Source: Longimicrobiales bacterium
GTDB taxonomy: Bacteria; Gemmatimonadota; Gemmatimonadetes; Longimicrobiales; Gaopeijiaceae
Direction of reading: 5' to 3'
Assembly: GCA_041690395.1 (NCBI GenBank)
Contig: JAWLHJ010000001.1
Span: forward strand, 160,001 to 224,000
Length of the DNA: 64,000 nt
A program made the position numbers and the translations under genes. Shown here piece by piece: positions 9,335-20,162 of the stretch. Under the pieces are notes generated by a model. That model was not told the DNA's origin and did no database searches. It saw only the letters and a program-made list of their open reading frames with translations. The first letter of the stretch is position 1. Each line of letters opens with the position of its first letter.

Positions 9335-11125
9335 CTACTCCTGGGAGTCCGTCGCCCGGTACCAGTCCTCCCGGATCCAATCCACGATCAGACCCATGTC
9401 CCGGTCGGTGAGGATCTCGTCGGCGCCGAAGGCCGGCATCCGGTCGTTGTCCTCTCCGTATAGGCTCGGATGCGCGGGATCGTTCAGCATCCGCAACATC
9501 CAATCGCGCGACGCCCACCCGGTCAGCTCCGGTCCCTCCTGCTCGCCGACACCGTAGACCATGTGGCACCGTGTGCAGTCCACGACTTCGTTCACCACGG
9601 CGTCGCGACCACGCTCGATCCGCGCGGCCTCGGCCTCTTCCAGGTCCTGCTGGCGGGTGAGGCCCGCCTCGGCCGAGAGCCAGGCGATGACGTACTCGAG
9701 CTCCGCCCGCTGCTCGTCCGTCCAGGCATTCGGGATGCCACGCTGGACGAATCGCACCATCTCGCCGTTCCGGAAGTCGGTCGCTCCGAAGTACTCCGGG
9801 GTGTTCACCCGCTCGGGGTCGAAGAGCCCGTCCAACCATTCGCGGCTACCGAAGCCGTGGAGGTCCGCCGCCGAGGGGTCCTCGGCCGGCGGCGCTCCAA
9901 GACCGTCGTGCCCGTTGTACGTATGGCAGCTCGCGCAGTTGCTCGAGAAGAGCTTCGGCCCCTGGGTGAGCGGATCGTTCCGGAGTAGGTCGAGGGCTCC
10001 CGTCGGCGGGATGCCGGTGGGAGCGGCGGCGAGCTCCTGGACACGGTGCGCCTCCTGCTCGGCCTGCTCCTTGGCCATCAGGAAGTCCTCGTCGGCGCCG
10101 TCCTGGGCGTAGGCGAGGAACGTCAGCAGACCGACGCCCATGATCAGCGAGGCCATGAGGCCGAGGTTGAAACGGTGCCCGAGCTTCCAGTTCCCGAGGA
10201 TCGGAATGAGGGCCACGACCGTCACGATCATCCCGGGAATGATCATCGCGCCCACGACCTCCCAGCCGGCCGGGAAATACTTCAGCCACTGGAAGAGGAA
10301 CATGAAGTACCACTCGGGGCGCGCCGCCGCGTAGGGCTCGGTCGGGTTGGCCGGGGCTCCGAGGTGGGCTCCGCCCGTGGCGAAGACCAGGATCAGGACG
10401 GTCGCCATGACCGCCAACATCGCGACGGCGTCGCGGAAGATCTGGTCGGGCCAGAACATCGAGTCCGGCGCGTGATCGGGATCCTTGACCGTGATCCCGT
10501 GCCTCCGGAACAGATAGATGTGTCCCACGATCAGCAGCACGATGGCCGCGGGTATGATTCCCGCATGCAGCGCGAAGAAGCGGGTCAACGTGAGATGCCC
10601 GTACTCCGGGCCGCCGATCATGAGCTTCTGGACCTCGGGGCCGACGAACGGCGTGATCGCCGCGATGCTCGTCGCGACCTTCGTGGCCCAGTACCCCTTC
10701 TGGTCCCAGGGCAACAGATACCCGGTCAGCGAAAGGGCGAGCACCAGGCCGAGGAGGCCGAGCCCGAACCAGAAGTTGACCTCGCGCGGCGCGCGATACG
10801 CTCCGTCGATGACCACCTGCATGAGGTGGAGAAGGAGGAGTACGACCGTGACTTGCGCCATGTAGTGGTGGATGCCACGAAGGAGCCATCCACCCCACAT
10901 CTCGTACTGGATGTAGTAGACGCTCTCCCAGGCGCCCTGCGCGTTCGCACTGTAGGCCGCCCACAGGATGAGTCCGGTGACGAACTGCACCCCGATCGCG
11001 AAGGTGAGCGTGCTGCCCCAGACGTAACGCCACCGCGCGCCGCCCGGAATCCGCTCGTAGAGTGCTTCGCTCAGGAGACCGCGGTAGCCTGTCCGGTCGT
11101 CGAGCCAATCGAGCATCGCCTTCAT
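9335..11125 (-). CDS. Cytochrome b (b6 + subunit IV) fused to a diheme cytochrome c
   Basis: LRGIHH, LHLMQV, TGYLLPWDQ, RFFALH, PEWY; C-terminal CASCH and CTRCH. Confidence 0.92.
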   Translation of the reverse strand: MKAMLDWLDDRTGYRGLLSEALYERIPGGARWRYVWGSTLTFAIGVQFVTGLILWAAYSANAQGAWESVYYIQYEMWGGWLLRGIHHYMAQVTVVLLLLHLMQVVIDGAYRAPREVNFWFGLGLLGLVLALSLTGYLLPWDQKGYWATKVATSIAAITPFVGPEVQKLMIGGPEYGHLTLTRFFALHAGIIPAAIVLLIVGHIYLFRRHGITVKDPDHAPDSMFWPDQIFRDAVAMLAVMATVLILVFATGGAHLGAPANPTEPYAAARPEWYFMFLFQWLKYFPAGWEVVGAMIIPGMIVTVVALIPILGNWKLGHRFNLGLMASLIMGVGLLTFLAYAQDGADEDFLMAKEQAEQEAHRVQELAAAPTGIPPTGALDLLRNDPLTQGPKLFSSNCASCHTYNGHDGLGAPPAEDPSAADLHGFGSREWLDGLFDPERVNTPEYFGATDFRNGEMVRFVQRGIPNAWTDEQRAELEYVIAWLSAEAGLTRQQDLEEAEAARIERGRDAVVNEVVDCTRCHMVYGVGEQEGPELTGWASRDWMLRMLNDPAHPSLYGEDNDRMPAFGADEILTDRDMGLIVDWIREDWYRATDSQE

Positions 11126-11673
11126 ACGATCGGCACCTTGTGCTCTTGTCCCGGCTGGAAGTTCTGGAAGCGAACCCAGACTTCGTCGTCGTTGCGGATC
11201 TCACACTCGAGCTCGTCCATGGCGCGCGGGCTCGGGCTGGCCGGATCGTCGATCGATCCGTCCAATGCGAAGCGGCTGCGATGGCACGGACACGCGAAGT
11301 GCGTCGCGCCCGGGGCCAGGTTCACGAAGCAGCCGGCATGAGGGCACACCACGTTCAGGCACCGGAGCTCGTTCTCTTCCGTGCGCCTCAGGTAGACCGC
11401 TCCGACCGGCGTGTTCTGGTAGGTCGTCCACCCGTCGACCCTGTCGGTCGACACGGTGAACTTCCTCGGCACGCCATCGGCCGGCAGCACGGGCAGCTTG
11501 GTCACCATGACCATGGCCTGATCGTCACGGGTGCGGCGCAACGGATCGAGCAGCGTCGCCACGCCCGCGAGGGCGGGGGCCACACCGGCGAGACCGCCGG
11601 CGATCACGGCCCCCATCGCGGCCAGGAAGTTGCGGCGTGGCTCGCCGTCGGGCTTCGGATTTTCGTCGCTCAT
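11122..11673 (-). CDS. Rieske [2Fe-2S] subunit of a cytochrome bc complex
   Basis: Tat motif RRNFL plus TM helix; CPHAGC...CPCH; ATGA overlap with cytochrome b. Confidence 0.92.
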   Translation of the reverse strand: MSDENPKPDGEPRRNFLAAMGAVIAGGLAGVAPALAGVATLLDPLRRTRDDQAMVMVTKLPVLPADGVPRKFTVSTDRVDGWTTYQNTPVGAVYLRRTEENELRCLNVVCPHAGCFVNLAPGATHFACPCHRSRFALDGSIDDPASPSPRAMDELECEIRNDDEVWVRFQNFQPGQEHKVPIV

Positions 11674-11929
11674 AAATGCAATTCGTGCGATGATCGATTG
11701 GATCAGCCGGACGGCGAACCGTCGCGACAAACGATGTCGTGGGGATGCGGCAGGGACCCACCTGTATCTGAGCCCGGGTCCGGCCGAGCGGCCGCAATAT
11801 ACGGCAGATCCGGCCTCGATCCCACTGGACGGGCCGCCGTAGACGACGGTGGCGCGTGAGATGAAGCTGGCGAGGGTACAGTCTCGTCCTCATGTTCGCC
11901 AGCAACACTCACGACCCCAGGAGATAGAC

Positions 11930-12754
11930 ATGCTTCCTCGCTGCACTGTTGACGTCGTACACCGCCCCGGAGGGCGCTCGGGCCTCCCGGGAGCGATGCT
12001 AGTGTGCCTGGCGGCGCTCGTGGGCCTCCCCCAGCTCGTCGCCGGTCAGGAGCCCATCTCCGACCCGGCCGAGGGCGTGCCCGGGGTGGCGACGTTCTCG
12101 ATCCTGGGGTACGACCCCGAGACCGGAGAGGTCGGCGGTGCGGTGCAGTCACGCGTGTTCTCCGTCGGCAACGGCGTCCTGTGGGCGGAAGCCGGTGTGG
12201 GGGCCGTGGCCACCCAGGCGATCATCGACGTGAGCTACGGACCCCAGGGGCTCGAGCTGCTCGCAACGGGCCTCCCTCCGGAGGAGGTCGTGGCCGCGCT
12301 CCTCCGCAACGACCCCAATCCGAGACCGGAGGGATGGCCCATCGGAGGGCGTCAGTTCGCGGTCATGGACGTCGCCGGCAGCGTGGCTGCCCACACCGGG
12401 CCCGAAGCTTCCGACTGGGCGGGGCACCGGGTGGGACGTCACGTCTCGGCTCAGGGCAACATCCTGGCGGGACCGGAGGTGGTCGACGCTATGGTCGAGG
12501 CCTTCGAGCAGACCGAAGGGCACCTCTCGTTCCGTCTCCTGGCGGCGCTGGAGGCCGGTCAGGCGGCGGGCGGCGACCGGCGCGGGATGCAGTCGGCGGC
12601 CATGCTCATCGTTCAGGAAGACGGCGGCGTGTGGTTGAACAACGACGTCGTCCTGAGGCTCCAGGTGGACGACCACGAGCAGCCTATCCAGGAGCTCCGC
12701 CGATTGGTCGAGATCGCGGCGGCGCAGCGGGAGCGGATTCGGGGAGGTTCCTGA
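11930..12754 (+). CDS. DUF1028 Ntn-hydrolase-like secreted protein
   Basis: ATFSI, GAVATQA, QGNIL, GGDRRGMQSAA, LQVDDH; AGGAG RBS. Confidence 0.88.
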   Translation: MLPRCTVDVVHRPGGRSGLPGAMLVCLAALVGLPQLVAGQEPISDPAEGVPGVATFSILGYDPETGEVGGAVQSRVFSVGNGVLWAEAGVGAVATQAIIDVSYGPQGLELLATGLPPEEVVAALLRNDPNPRPEGWPIGGRQFAVMDVAGSVAAHTGPEASDWAGHRVGRHVSAQGNILAGPEVVDAMVEAFEQTEGHLSFRLLAALEAGQAAGGDRRGMQSAAMLIVQEDGGVWLNNDVVLRLQVDDHEQPIQELRRLVEIAAAQRERIRGGS

Positions 12755-12772
12755 CGCCCCTGCGAGACGCCC

Positions 12773-14971
12773 CTAGGATATCCCGCCGAGCGAGAGGTGT
12801 AGGTGCCAGCGCTGGATGGGTCGCTCGGGCACGTCGGTCACGGGACGACCTTCGAGGAGCGCCTGCCCGATCGCGCGGGCATCGCGAACGTCGAGCGCGG
12901 ATGGGTTGAGCTTGTAGCCGACGTCCAGCTGCACGGCCCCAACCGGCGTGCCGATCGACACCCCCACGCCCGTGCCCCAACGCGCGCGGGCACCCAATTG
13001 GTCCGCGAGCAGCGCACCGTCCGTCGGGAGGAAGCGTCCGTCGGGCGTCCACACCCGCCCGCCGTCGAGGAACACGTGAAGGCCGTGTCCGCCTGCCAGG
13101 AAAGGGAACGGCGCCTCGAGCTGCACCGAGCCGGACCACCGGGCGAGGCCGCCCAGCGGCAGGTAGCGCGACGTCGGAACCGCCGAGCCGTCGGCGAACG
13201 AGAAATCCGGGGCTTTCGGGCCGAGCAGGTCGGTACCCCATCCACGCACGTCCTGGCTGCCTCCGGCGGTCAGGACCGCGTCGCGGAGCTTGATGTAGAC
13301 CTCCAGGCGGTCCGACCCGTCGGGCGCCGGGACCGACAGGCCGAAGGGGAAGACCCGCCCACCGCCGATGCGGGCGCGGACGCCCAAGGACCTTCCCAGC
13401 GGGAGGTATCCTCCGATCTGGCCGACGAGCTTCCCGTACTCGACCGTCGAGAGAACAGGAGGCCCCGCCACTTCGGCGCTCCCGAACAAGTTCCAGTCGT
13501 GGTGCGGACCCTCTCCACCCTGCGGCGCGCGTGACCACTGCCCGATGGCGCTCAGCCTGCTGGTGCGGCGGTCGAGATCGAGGGTGTCCACCGAGGCCAG
13601 GACGTCCAGAAAATCGAAATCCTGGCCGACCACGGCGCCGGCCTTCGCTTCGATCACCCGGCGCGACGTGAGCGAGTACCGCAGCGTCACGTTCCGTCTG
13701 GCGCCTCGTCGATAGAGTGCCGACAGCTCCGTTCCCCATTGGACCGACTCGTCCCGCAGATCGTCACGGTACTCGACGAAAGGCCGGAGGACGCCCTCCA
13801 CGCGGCGGTCGCCCAGCCACGGCTGCCGCAGGGAGGCCGACAGGCCGTAACGGCGAGCGGAGGTCGCCTCGGGCGCGAGATACCCGGTCCGCGCCTCCGT
13901 GGCGAGCTCGAGCGTCCGCGCCCCACCCAGGAAGTCTCGATGACTCCATGACACATCCCCCGAGACACCGGAGCCGGAGCCCCACCCCAGGCGCGACGAC
14001 AGGAGATGAAGGCTCCCTTCCGTGACACGGATCCGCACGGCGACCCGATCGTTCGGGGTGTCGTCGTCACGCACGCTGTCGGGTTCTGTCCCCACGACCG
14101 CGACACGGACCATGTCGAGGCCGAACAGCTCGCTCTGCCCCTCCGCGAGCCTGGCTCTCGAAAACCAGTCGCCTTCCCGCAGTGGGACCTCGCGGAGGAG
14201 GACGTTCTCGGCGAGCCGCTGGTTCCCCTGCACCCGCACGGCACCGACCCGCATGCGGCGGCCCGACTCCACGGTCACCCGGAACCTCGCGAGCGAGCCA
14301 CCCCCGGCATCCTCCAGAACCTCGACCGTGGCGCTGGTGCTCGCGCGGGGATAGCCACGGTCGCGCAGCCAGGCCGAGATCCTGTCCTGGTAACGCGCCC
14401 GGGCACCGGAGCTCAGGCGGGCGCCGCGCTCTTCGGCCAGCTCGGCGACGAACTCCCTCCACGACGGGCGCAGCTCCTCGGCCAGCGCGTCCTCCAGACG
14501 CCCGCCCTCGGGATCTTCGACCAGCATCGAGTCGAGGAGCAGCGGCGCGCCTTCCGTGACCACGTACGCGACGTCCACCCGATTGTCGTCCCCGTCCAGG
14601 ATCACCTCGTAGGTCACCGAGGCCTCCGGGAAGCCTTGATCCCGATAGTAGCGCTCCAGACGGACCACATCCCGGAGCAGCGATGGTGGGTCGAACCGGG
14701 ATCGGCTCGGTGAGGAGATCAGCGGGAGCACTCCGAGCAGCGAGCGAAGGCCGAAGAGGGCTCCGGGTCCTTCGAGCGTGATCTGCCGGCGGAGGTCGCC
14801 CGCGTCCAACGTCCGGCCCTCCGGGAACGCGAAGCCCACGGAGCCGATCTCGGTCTCCGAGTCAACGAGAAAGAGCGGAGTACCTTCCTGTCCGGCGGTG
14901 ACGGCCGGGGTGGCGAACAGCAGCAGAACGACGACGAGGCCGACAGTCAGGGAGAACGCGCGCTCAGTCAT
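12773..14971 (-). CDS. tamA: TamA/BamA (Omp85) family outer-membrane protein
   Basis: Signal peptide; POTRA repeats; VRGW lid motif; TPVGAVQLDVG; overlaps the tamB stop. Confidence 0.88.
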   Translation of the reverse strand: MTERAFSLTVGLVVVLLLFATPAVTAGQEGTPLFLVDSETEIGSVGFAFPEGRTLDAGDLRRQITLEGPGALFGLRSLLGVLPLISSPSRSRFDPPSLLRDVVRLERYYRDQGFPEASVTYEVILDGDDNRVDVAYVVTEGAPLLLDSMLVEDPEGGRLEDALAEELRPSWREFVAELAEERGARLSSGARARYQDRISAWLRDRGYPRASTSATVEVLEDAGGGSLARFRVTVESGRRMRVGAVRVQGNQRLAENVLLREVPLREGDWFSRARLAEGQSELFGLDMVRVAVVGTEPDSVRDDDTPNDRVAVRIRVTEGSLHLLSSRLGWGSGSGVSGDVSWSHRDFLGGARTLELATEARTGYLAPEATSARRYGLSASLRQPWLGDRRVEGVLRPFVEYRDDLRDESVQWGTELSALYRRGARRNVTLRYSLTSRRVIEAKAGAVVGQDFDFLDVLASVDTLDLDRRTSRLSAIGQWSRAPQGGEGPHHDWNLFGSAEVAGPPVLSTVEYGKLVGQIGGYLPLGRSLGVRARIGGGRVFPFGLSVPAPDGSDRLEVYIKLRDAVLTAGGSQDVRGWGTDLLGPKAPDFSFADGSAVPTSRYLPLGGLARWSGSVQLEAPFPFLAGGHGLHVFLDGGRVWTPDGRFLPTDGALLADQLGARARWGTGVGVSIGTPVGAVQLDVGYKLNPSALDVRDARAIGQALLEGRPVTDVPERPIQRWHLHLSLGGIS

Positions 14972-17900
14972 AGGCGATCCTCGACCGGACGTAGAACTCC
15001 ACGCCGGTGCGTCCCCCCGCACGGAGATTCAGCAGCAACCAGCGGACCGCCTGCAGCTCGGCCTCGATCTCCGGCTCGGGGGCGCGCTGCGTCGGGTCGT
15101 CGGACGACCTCTGCAGCGAGATGGGCTGACGGACCCCGAGGTAGAGGCTGGGTGACAGATAACGACCGGCGAGCAGGGTGACCCCATTCATGCCGTCGGT
15201 CGTGATCTCGACCACGTCGAGGCCCACCTGCTCCTTCGCATACGCCTCGACCGCGCCGCTCACCCGTCCGAGCGCGAGCGCTCCCCCCGTCTCGGTCAAC
15301 GAGCCGTTGCCACCCTCGAGTGATTGGCTCGCGGGCCGGCCGGTGACCAGATAGGAGACCATGTCCGAGGCCTCAAGCGGAGGAGTCGACGAAAGTTCGA
15401 GGTCGAGCGCGTCCGGCGTGCCTCGCACCTCGAGCGTGAGGACGACCTCGGGCTCCCCCGGGTTCTCCCGGGACGGCACGGCATAGGCGGAGCGCACCTC
15501 GACCATCGTCGCGGCCGGGGTCCCGCGGAAGGTGAGTCGGCCTTCTTCGATGCTGAAACGACGCCCGAACTGTTCCACCCAGCTCCGCTCCGGAACAGCC
15601 TCGACGCTACCGACGAGTTGTAGCGAGTCCCCGGACTCCTTCGTCACCGACATGTCGCCACTGAACTGGACCGCAAGCTCCGGATTCGCGCGCTGGCGAA
15701 CCCACGACGCACGACCCAGCCGCACGTCCAGATCCAGCTCCATGACGTCCATCAGCGGTGATTGCCCGCCCCCCTCCGACGGTCTCTGGTAGCCGAAGAC
15801 GCGCGCCAACTCGTCCCACTGCTCGTCGGTGAGCGTCACCGGGTCGGCCGAGGAGCCGCTCATGAGATCGTCCAGGTACAGCTCGGAGCGCTCGACCTGG
15901 ACGAGACCGGTGATGCGTGGCGCCAGGCCGGTCCCCTCGACACGCACGTCACCCGACACCGTCGCCTGGACGGCGGAGGAACGAATGGCCTCGAATCGGT
16001 CTGCCCGGACCTCGACGTCGTAGCCGGGCTCGGCCAGATGCTCGACCGTGACGGCGCCGGTCGCCGATAGCGAGCCGTCGCCGGAGTGCACCCGCACGGA
16101 GTCGAGCAGAACACGGGTTCCGTCCAACTCCAGGAGCGCCCGTGCCTCCCGGTAACGAACCCCGAGCGACGGAAGCGTCGCGGCGCCATCCCGGAGCGAG
16201 AACGTGCCGGACAAGGAGGGCGAAGCCGGGCTACCTCCCAGCTCGGCGCGTCCCTCGAGCGTGCCTCCGAGCTCCCGCGCGACGTCGTCCGGAACCATCG
16301 GCTGGAGCCACGCGACGGGGAAGGCTTCGGCGGAGACCGATCCGCTCATCGAACCGGCTTCGAGCAGGCCCTCGGTGTCTCCCGACAACGTCACGTGGAA
16401 CGGGAGGCTCAAGTCCGCGCGAAACGACGGACCGGAGTCGAGCAGCACGACGCCGTCGACCTCGAGCGCCCGTTCTCGGTAGTCGAGGGTCACGTCGACG
16501 TCGCCCGGCGGCACGTCGGCCGGCGTCAGCCTGCTGTCGAGCCGGGCCGTGATCTCGGGCGCCTCGGACGTGCCGGACATGTCGACCTCTCCGGACACGC
16601 GCCCGCGCAGGGCGGGGTACCCGAACAGGTCGGCCAAGGTGGAGATCTCGAATTCCGTGACGCTGGCCCGCAGGTCGAGCGCACCCTCGGAAGGAACCGT
16701 GCCCTCGACGCGGAGGGCCTGTTCGGGTGTCGAGATCAGCAGGGAATCCACGCTGAAGCCGTCGCGGAACGAGACCCGCGCGGGGTACCCGAGGGTCCAC
16801 CGGTCCTGGTCCGCGCGGAACGCGAGCTGCTCGATGCGCACCGCCGACGGGGCGGACCTCTCCTCGACCCGTGCCTCGAGCGCCACGTCCCGCCGACCAT
16901 CGATGACCGCCGACGCCGTCACGAACAGCTCGTCATCCGGCTCGAGCCGTACGTCGATCTCGACGCGCTCGACCGGGGCGGTCGGTAGTCGGAGCCGATC
17001 CATGGCGAGTCTGGCCTCCCCCTCGACCCATCCTTCCAGCGGGGTCCTCCGCGCGGAGGCGTCCACCTCGAGACCCCGCACCTGGATAGCGTCGTAGAGG
17101 AGCGCCGAGAGCCGACCGGTGGCTTCGACCCGCAGGTCGTCGACGGCCCCTCGAGCGACGACGGTCAGCGTCGCCTCACCCGCGGCAAGCGTCCCCTCCG
17201 GCCGGAGCGCCCGCACGAGGTCCGACCGCGTGAGTGCCCCGACGAGTCGGATCTCTCCACCACCGTCATCGTCTACCCCGTCGGGCGCCAGGCCCGTCGC
17301 GGACCGTGGAAGGGTCCCTCCGCCGGACAGCTCGAGCCCGGCGACGCGCACGTCGAGCGTGTCGAGCCGCACCGAGCTCCGGTCGAGCGCGACGCGGGCC
17401 GAGGCGGACTCCACGGGCTCGTCCAACACGGCCCCCGAGTCCACCTCGACCCAGAGCGTCGCCCTGGTGGAATCGAGCTCGAAGCCCTCGCCCTCGAGAC
17501 CGAGCCGCGCGAATCCGACGGGTCCGGTGAGGCCGTCCGCCGCCGGACGGGCGATCCGGCCGCTCAGCGTGTAGTTCGGACGATCGCCCCCGACGTCGGA
17601 CCGACCCTCGAGCTCCAACGTCCCCGAGAGAAGCTGAGCGAGCGCGCGGGCCTGGACGACCCCCTCCGCCAGATCGACCTGGACGCCCAGCGTGTCGACT
17701 GCGAGGCTGTCGACGAAAGACGGAGCCAGATCGAGCGTGAGCGACCCGGTCGCCGTCTCGACCGACGATCCGTCGAGCCGGGCGACGAGCAAGCCCTGCA
17801 GACTCGTAGGCGGGACCAGCCCCCCGCTGAGCGCGCCCAGGTCGAGGTCCCGGAAGGCGAGCTCGGACACCCGCAGTACTCGGGTTTCCCCGCCGCCTTC

Positions 17901-20108
17901 CATCGCGACCCGTGCGCTGATACCCCCTTCTCCCGACGTGAGGGACGCATCGACTTCCAGACCGCCCGGCTCGAGACGAACGTCGATCTGCCCGGCGTCC
18001 AGCGGTGCCGTCCCGATCATCGAGGGGAGCAGGCCGAGCGCCATGGTGCCCGACCATCCTTCCTCGTCCCGGGTCAGTCCGCCGGTCCCGCTCCCCGAGA
18101 GGTCGGTCGACGGGACCGCGGAGCTGTCCGTGGCGGGGCCGGCCGCCAACACCCTCGCGTCCAGGTGCCGCCACCCGAGGGAGTCGATCTGAACCGTGTG
18201 GAAGTCACCTCCGTCGAACAGCGCCCGCGCGCGCGCACTGACGCGGCCCGAGTCCGGCACCGCCACCCGCATGACAAGGTCCAGCGCCTCATCCGCCGCG
18301 CTCGCCGACACCATGGCCGAGTCGAGCACCCATGGTCCGTAACTCGCGGCGAGGACGTCCACGCGCCCCGTGCCGGTCAGGGGCTCGGCGGACGTGACCT
18401 CCCCCCTGAGGTCCGCCGAGAGCCGGCTCGCCACCGTGTCTCCAACCAGCGCGGCCACGTCGAGGTCCCTCACAGTGCCGCTCGTGAGCCTGCCCGTGCG
18501 TGCGGACACGTCGCCCTGGAGCGCGAGCTCGACGCGTCCTCCGGCGGCTTCGAGCGTGGCTCGCCCCGTGGCGAGCCCGGCGGACAGCGTCGCATCGATC
18601 CGGCCGGGACCGACCAACATGGTCCGGCCCTCGGCGGCGCCACCCACCAGCGCGCGAAGCGAGTCGAGCTCGACCGTGGCTCGGGCGTCCAGGGAGTCCG
18701 GGGCGAGCCCGGTCCCCGCGGCCTCGAAGCGCCCGGAGCCCGAACGGAGCGCGAACCCGGCGTCCGTGCCGACTTCTCCGGGCGAGGCGTACGACACCGC
18801 GCCGTCGATCGTCCACTCCGGTCGCTCCAGAGCGCCCACACCGACCGTCCCCTCGGCCTCGGCGTCCAGGCCCACGAGGGTCCAGGCGCCCCGCCACGGA
18901 TCGGCGGCACCCTCCGATTCCACGCTCAACCTGGCCCGACCGTCGAGAGGGCCCGACGGGTCCTCGACCTGCAGCTCCGCCACCAGGCTTCCGTGCACCC
19001 GCTGGAGTGTCACGCTCCTCAGTCCGAGGGTCAGGTCCAGGCGAGCGACGAGCGGACGGTCGAACAGGCCCCACGGCTGCGGGTCGAAGCTGCTCACCTC
19101 GACGCGTGCGTCGACGTCGGGTTCCTCCCGCGGACCCCAGACGGCGGCCTCGACATCCACACGGCCCGGAACACTCGCGCCGAGATCCGCCGTCACCCGC
19201 AGCGTATCGGCCAGTACTCGCATCTCCGCGCTTCCGCGGACGCGCACGCTGTCCGCCATACCCGCGGGCAGGAACGGTCCCACGTCCGCGAGATGGAGAG
19301 GAGCGATCTCGAGATCGAGCTCGAGCCCCTCGGGCGCGGTACCGGCGAGCGAGAGGGGAATCCGCCCGGTCGCGCGCACGTCGCTCTCCGGCGATGTGAG
19401 CTCGAGCCCGTCCACGACGACGTGGTCCCGTTCCAGCCTGCCCGAGGCCGCGACTCGACCCCAGCCTTCCGGTCGGTCGGGGGGGCGGAAGCGGGCGTGG
19501 AGCGTGTCCAGGGTTCCGCCCATCTCCTCGGCGAGCGAGAGGTCCCGAGCTCGAAGCCGACCCTCGCTCAGCCTCCAGGGCTCGTCGGACGCCGTGTCCG
19601 GAAGCGAGAGGGCGATCTCGCGGACATCGACCTCCAGGCGGTCGACCCCGAAGGTCCAACCGACAGCGCCCGTATCCTCGTCCGGTGAAGGAGCGCCGTC
19701 CCCGGACGGAACCGATCCGGACACCGCGACCCCCACGATCCGTAGAGTCTCCACGGACACGTGTCGCCGGAGCAGCGCCAGCATCCGGAAGTCGAGACCC
19801 ACCGTGTCGACGGATACGACGAGCGTCGGCTCCGCGGAGGACCCGGTGGCCGCCTCGACCCCGGTCACCGTGATGTCGGTGAGCCCCCGCAGCGACGCCC
19901 CTCCCAGCCGGATCCGCAGCGAGTCCGAAGAGGCCGCCCCCGCCGCCGTCCGCGCCGCCCACGTGGCGACCCCGTCGATCTGAAGGGCCCCGACGACGAA
20001 TACGAGTCCGAACACGACGAGACCCGTAAGCACCCCCACCACGCGAAGCGCCTGTCCGAGGCGCCTGCGGAACCATGGAGAGTCGCTCGGTTCGTCGCTC
20101 GAGGTCAT
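14964..20108 (-). CDS. tamB: Translocation and assembly module TamB (AsmA-like)
   Basis: N-terminal TM anchor; 1714 aa beta-rich; DUF490-like C-terminus (LSSTPPL...SYLVTG...GRYLSP); coupled to the Omp85 gene. Confidence 0.9.
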   Translation of the reverse strand: MTSSDEPSDSPWFRRRLGQALRVVGVLTGLVVFGLVFVVGALQIDGVATWAARTAAGAASSDSLRIRLGGASLRGLTDITVTGVEAATGSSAEPTLVVSVDTVGLDFRMLALLRRHVSVETLRIVGVAVSGSVPSGDGAPSPDEDTGAVGWTFGVDRLEVDVREIALSLPDTASDEPWRLSEGRLRARDLSLAEEMGGTLDTLHARFRPPDRPEGWGRVAASGRLERDHVVVDGLELTSPESDVRATGRIPLSLAGTAPEGLELDLEIAPLHLADVGPFLPAGMADSVRVRGSAEMRVLADTLRVTADLGASVPGRVDVEAAVWGPREEPDVDARVEVSSFDPQPWGLFDRPLVARLDLTLGLRSVTLQRVHGSLVAELQVEDPSGPLDGRARLSVESEGAADPWRGAWTLVGLDAEAEGTVGVGALERPEWTIDGAVSYASPGEVGTDAGFALRSGSGRFEAAGTGLAPDSLDARATVELDSLRALVGGAAEGRTMLVGPGRIDATLSAGLATGRATLEAAGGRVELALQGDVSARTGRLTSGTVRDLDVAALVGDTVASRLSADLRGEVTSAEPLTGTGRVDVLAASYGPWVLDSAMVSASAADEALDLVMRVAVPDSGRVSARARALFDGGDFHTVQIDSLGWRHLDARVLAAGPATDSSAVPSTDLSGSGTGGLTRDEEGWSGTMALGLLPSMIGTAPLDAGQIDVRLEPGGLEVDASLTSGEGGISARVAMEGGGETRVLRVSELAFRDLDLGALSGGLVPPTSLQGLLVARLDGSSVETATGSLTLDLAPSFVDSLAVDTLGVQVDLAEGVVQARALAQLLSGTLELEGRSDVGGDRPNYTLSGRIARPAADGLTGPVGFARLGLEGEGFELDSTRATLWVEVDSGAVLDEPVESASARVALDRSSVRLDTLDVRVAGLELSGGGTLPRSATGLAPDGVDDDGGGEIRLVGALTRSDLVRALRPEGTLAAGEATLTVVARGAVDDLRVEATGRLSALLYDAIQVRGLEVDASARRTPLEGWVEGEARLAMDRLRLPTAPVERVEIDVRLEPDDELFVTASAVIDGRRDVALEARVEERSAPSAVRIEQLAFRADQDRWTLGYPARVSFRDGFSVDSLLISTPEQALRVEGTVPSEGALDLRASVTEFEISTLADLFGYPALRGRVSGEVDMSGTSEAPEITARLDSRLTPADVPPGDVDVTLDYRERALEVDGVVLLDSGPSFRADLSLPFHVTLSGDTEGLLEAGSMSGSVSAEAFPVAWLQPMVPDDVARELGGTLEGRAELGGSPASPSLSGTFSLRDGAATLPSLGVRYREARALLELDGTRVLLDSVRVHSGDGSLSATGAVTVEHLAEPGYDVEVRADRFEAIRSSAVQATVSGDVRVEGTGLAPRITGLVQVERSELYLDDLMSGSSADPVTLTDEQWDELARVFGYQRPSEGGGQSPLMDVMELDLDVRLGRASWVRQRANPELAVQFSGDMSVTKESGDSLQLVGSVEAVPERSWVEQFGRRFSIEEGRLTFRGTPAATMVEVRSAYAVPSRENPGEPEVVLTLEVRGTPDALDLELSSTPPLEASDMVSYLVTGRPASQSLEGGNGSLTETGGALALGRVSGAVEAYAKEQVGLDVVEITTDGMNGVTLLAGRYLSPSLYLGVRQPISLQRSSDDPTQRAPEPEIEAELQAVRWLLLNLRAGGRTGVEFYVRSRIAYD

Positions 20109-20162
20109 GTCGGGGGGGTGGAGGGTGATGGCACCCCGGAGCCGTCGGGGGCCGCTCCCGCC

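Noticed and set aside
12773..20108. TamAB as a novel system
   Set aside because: A well-known module in a standard coupled arrangement; no evidence linking it to the giant-protein operon 21 kb away.
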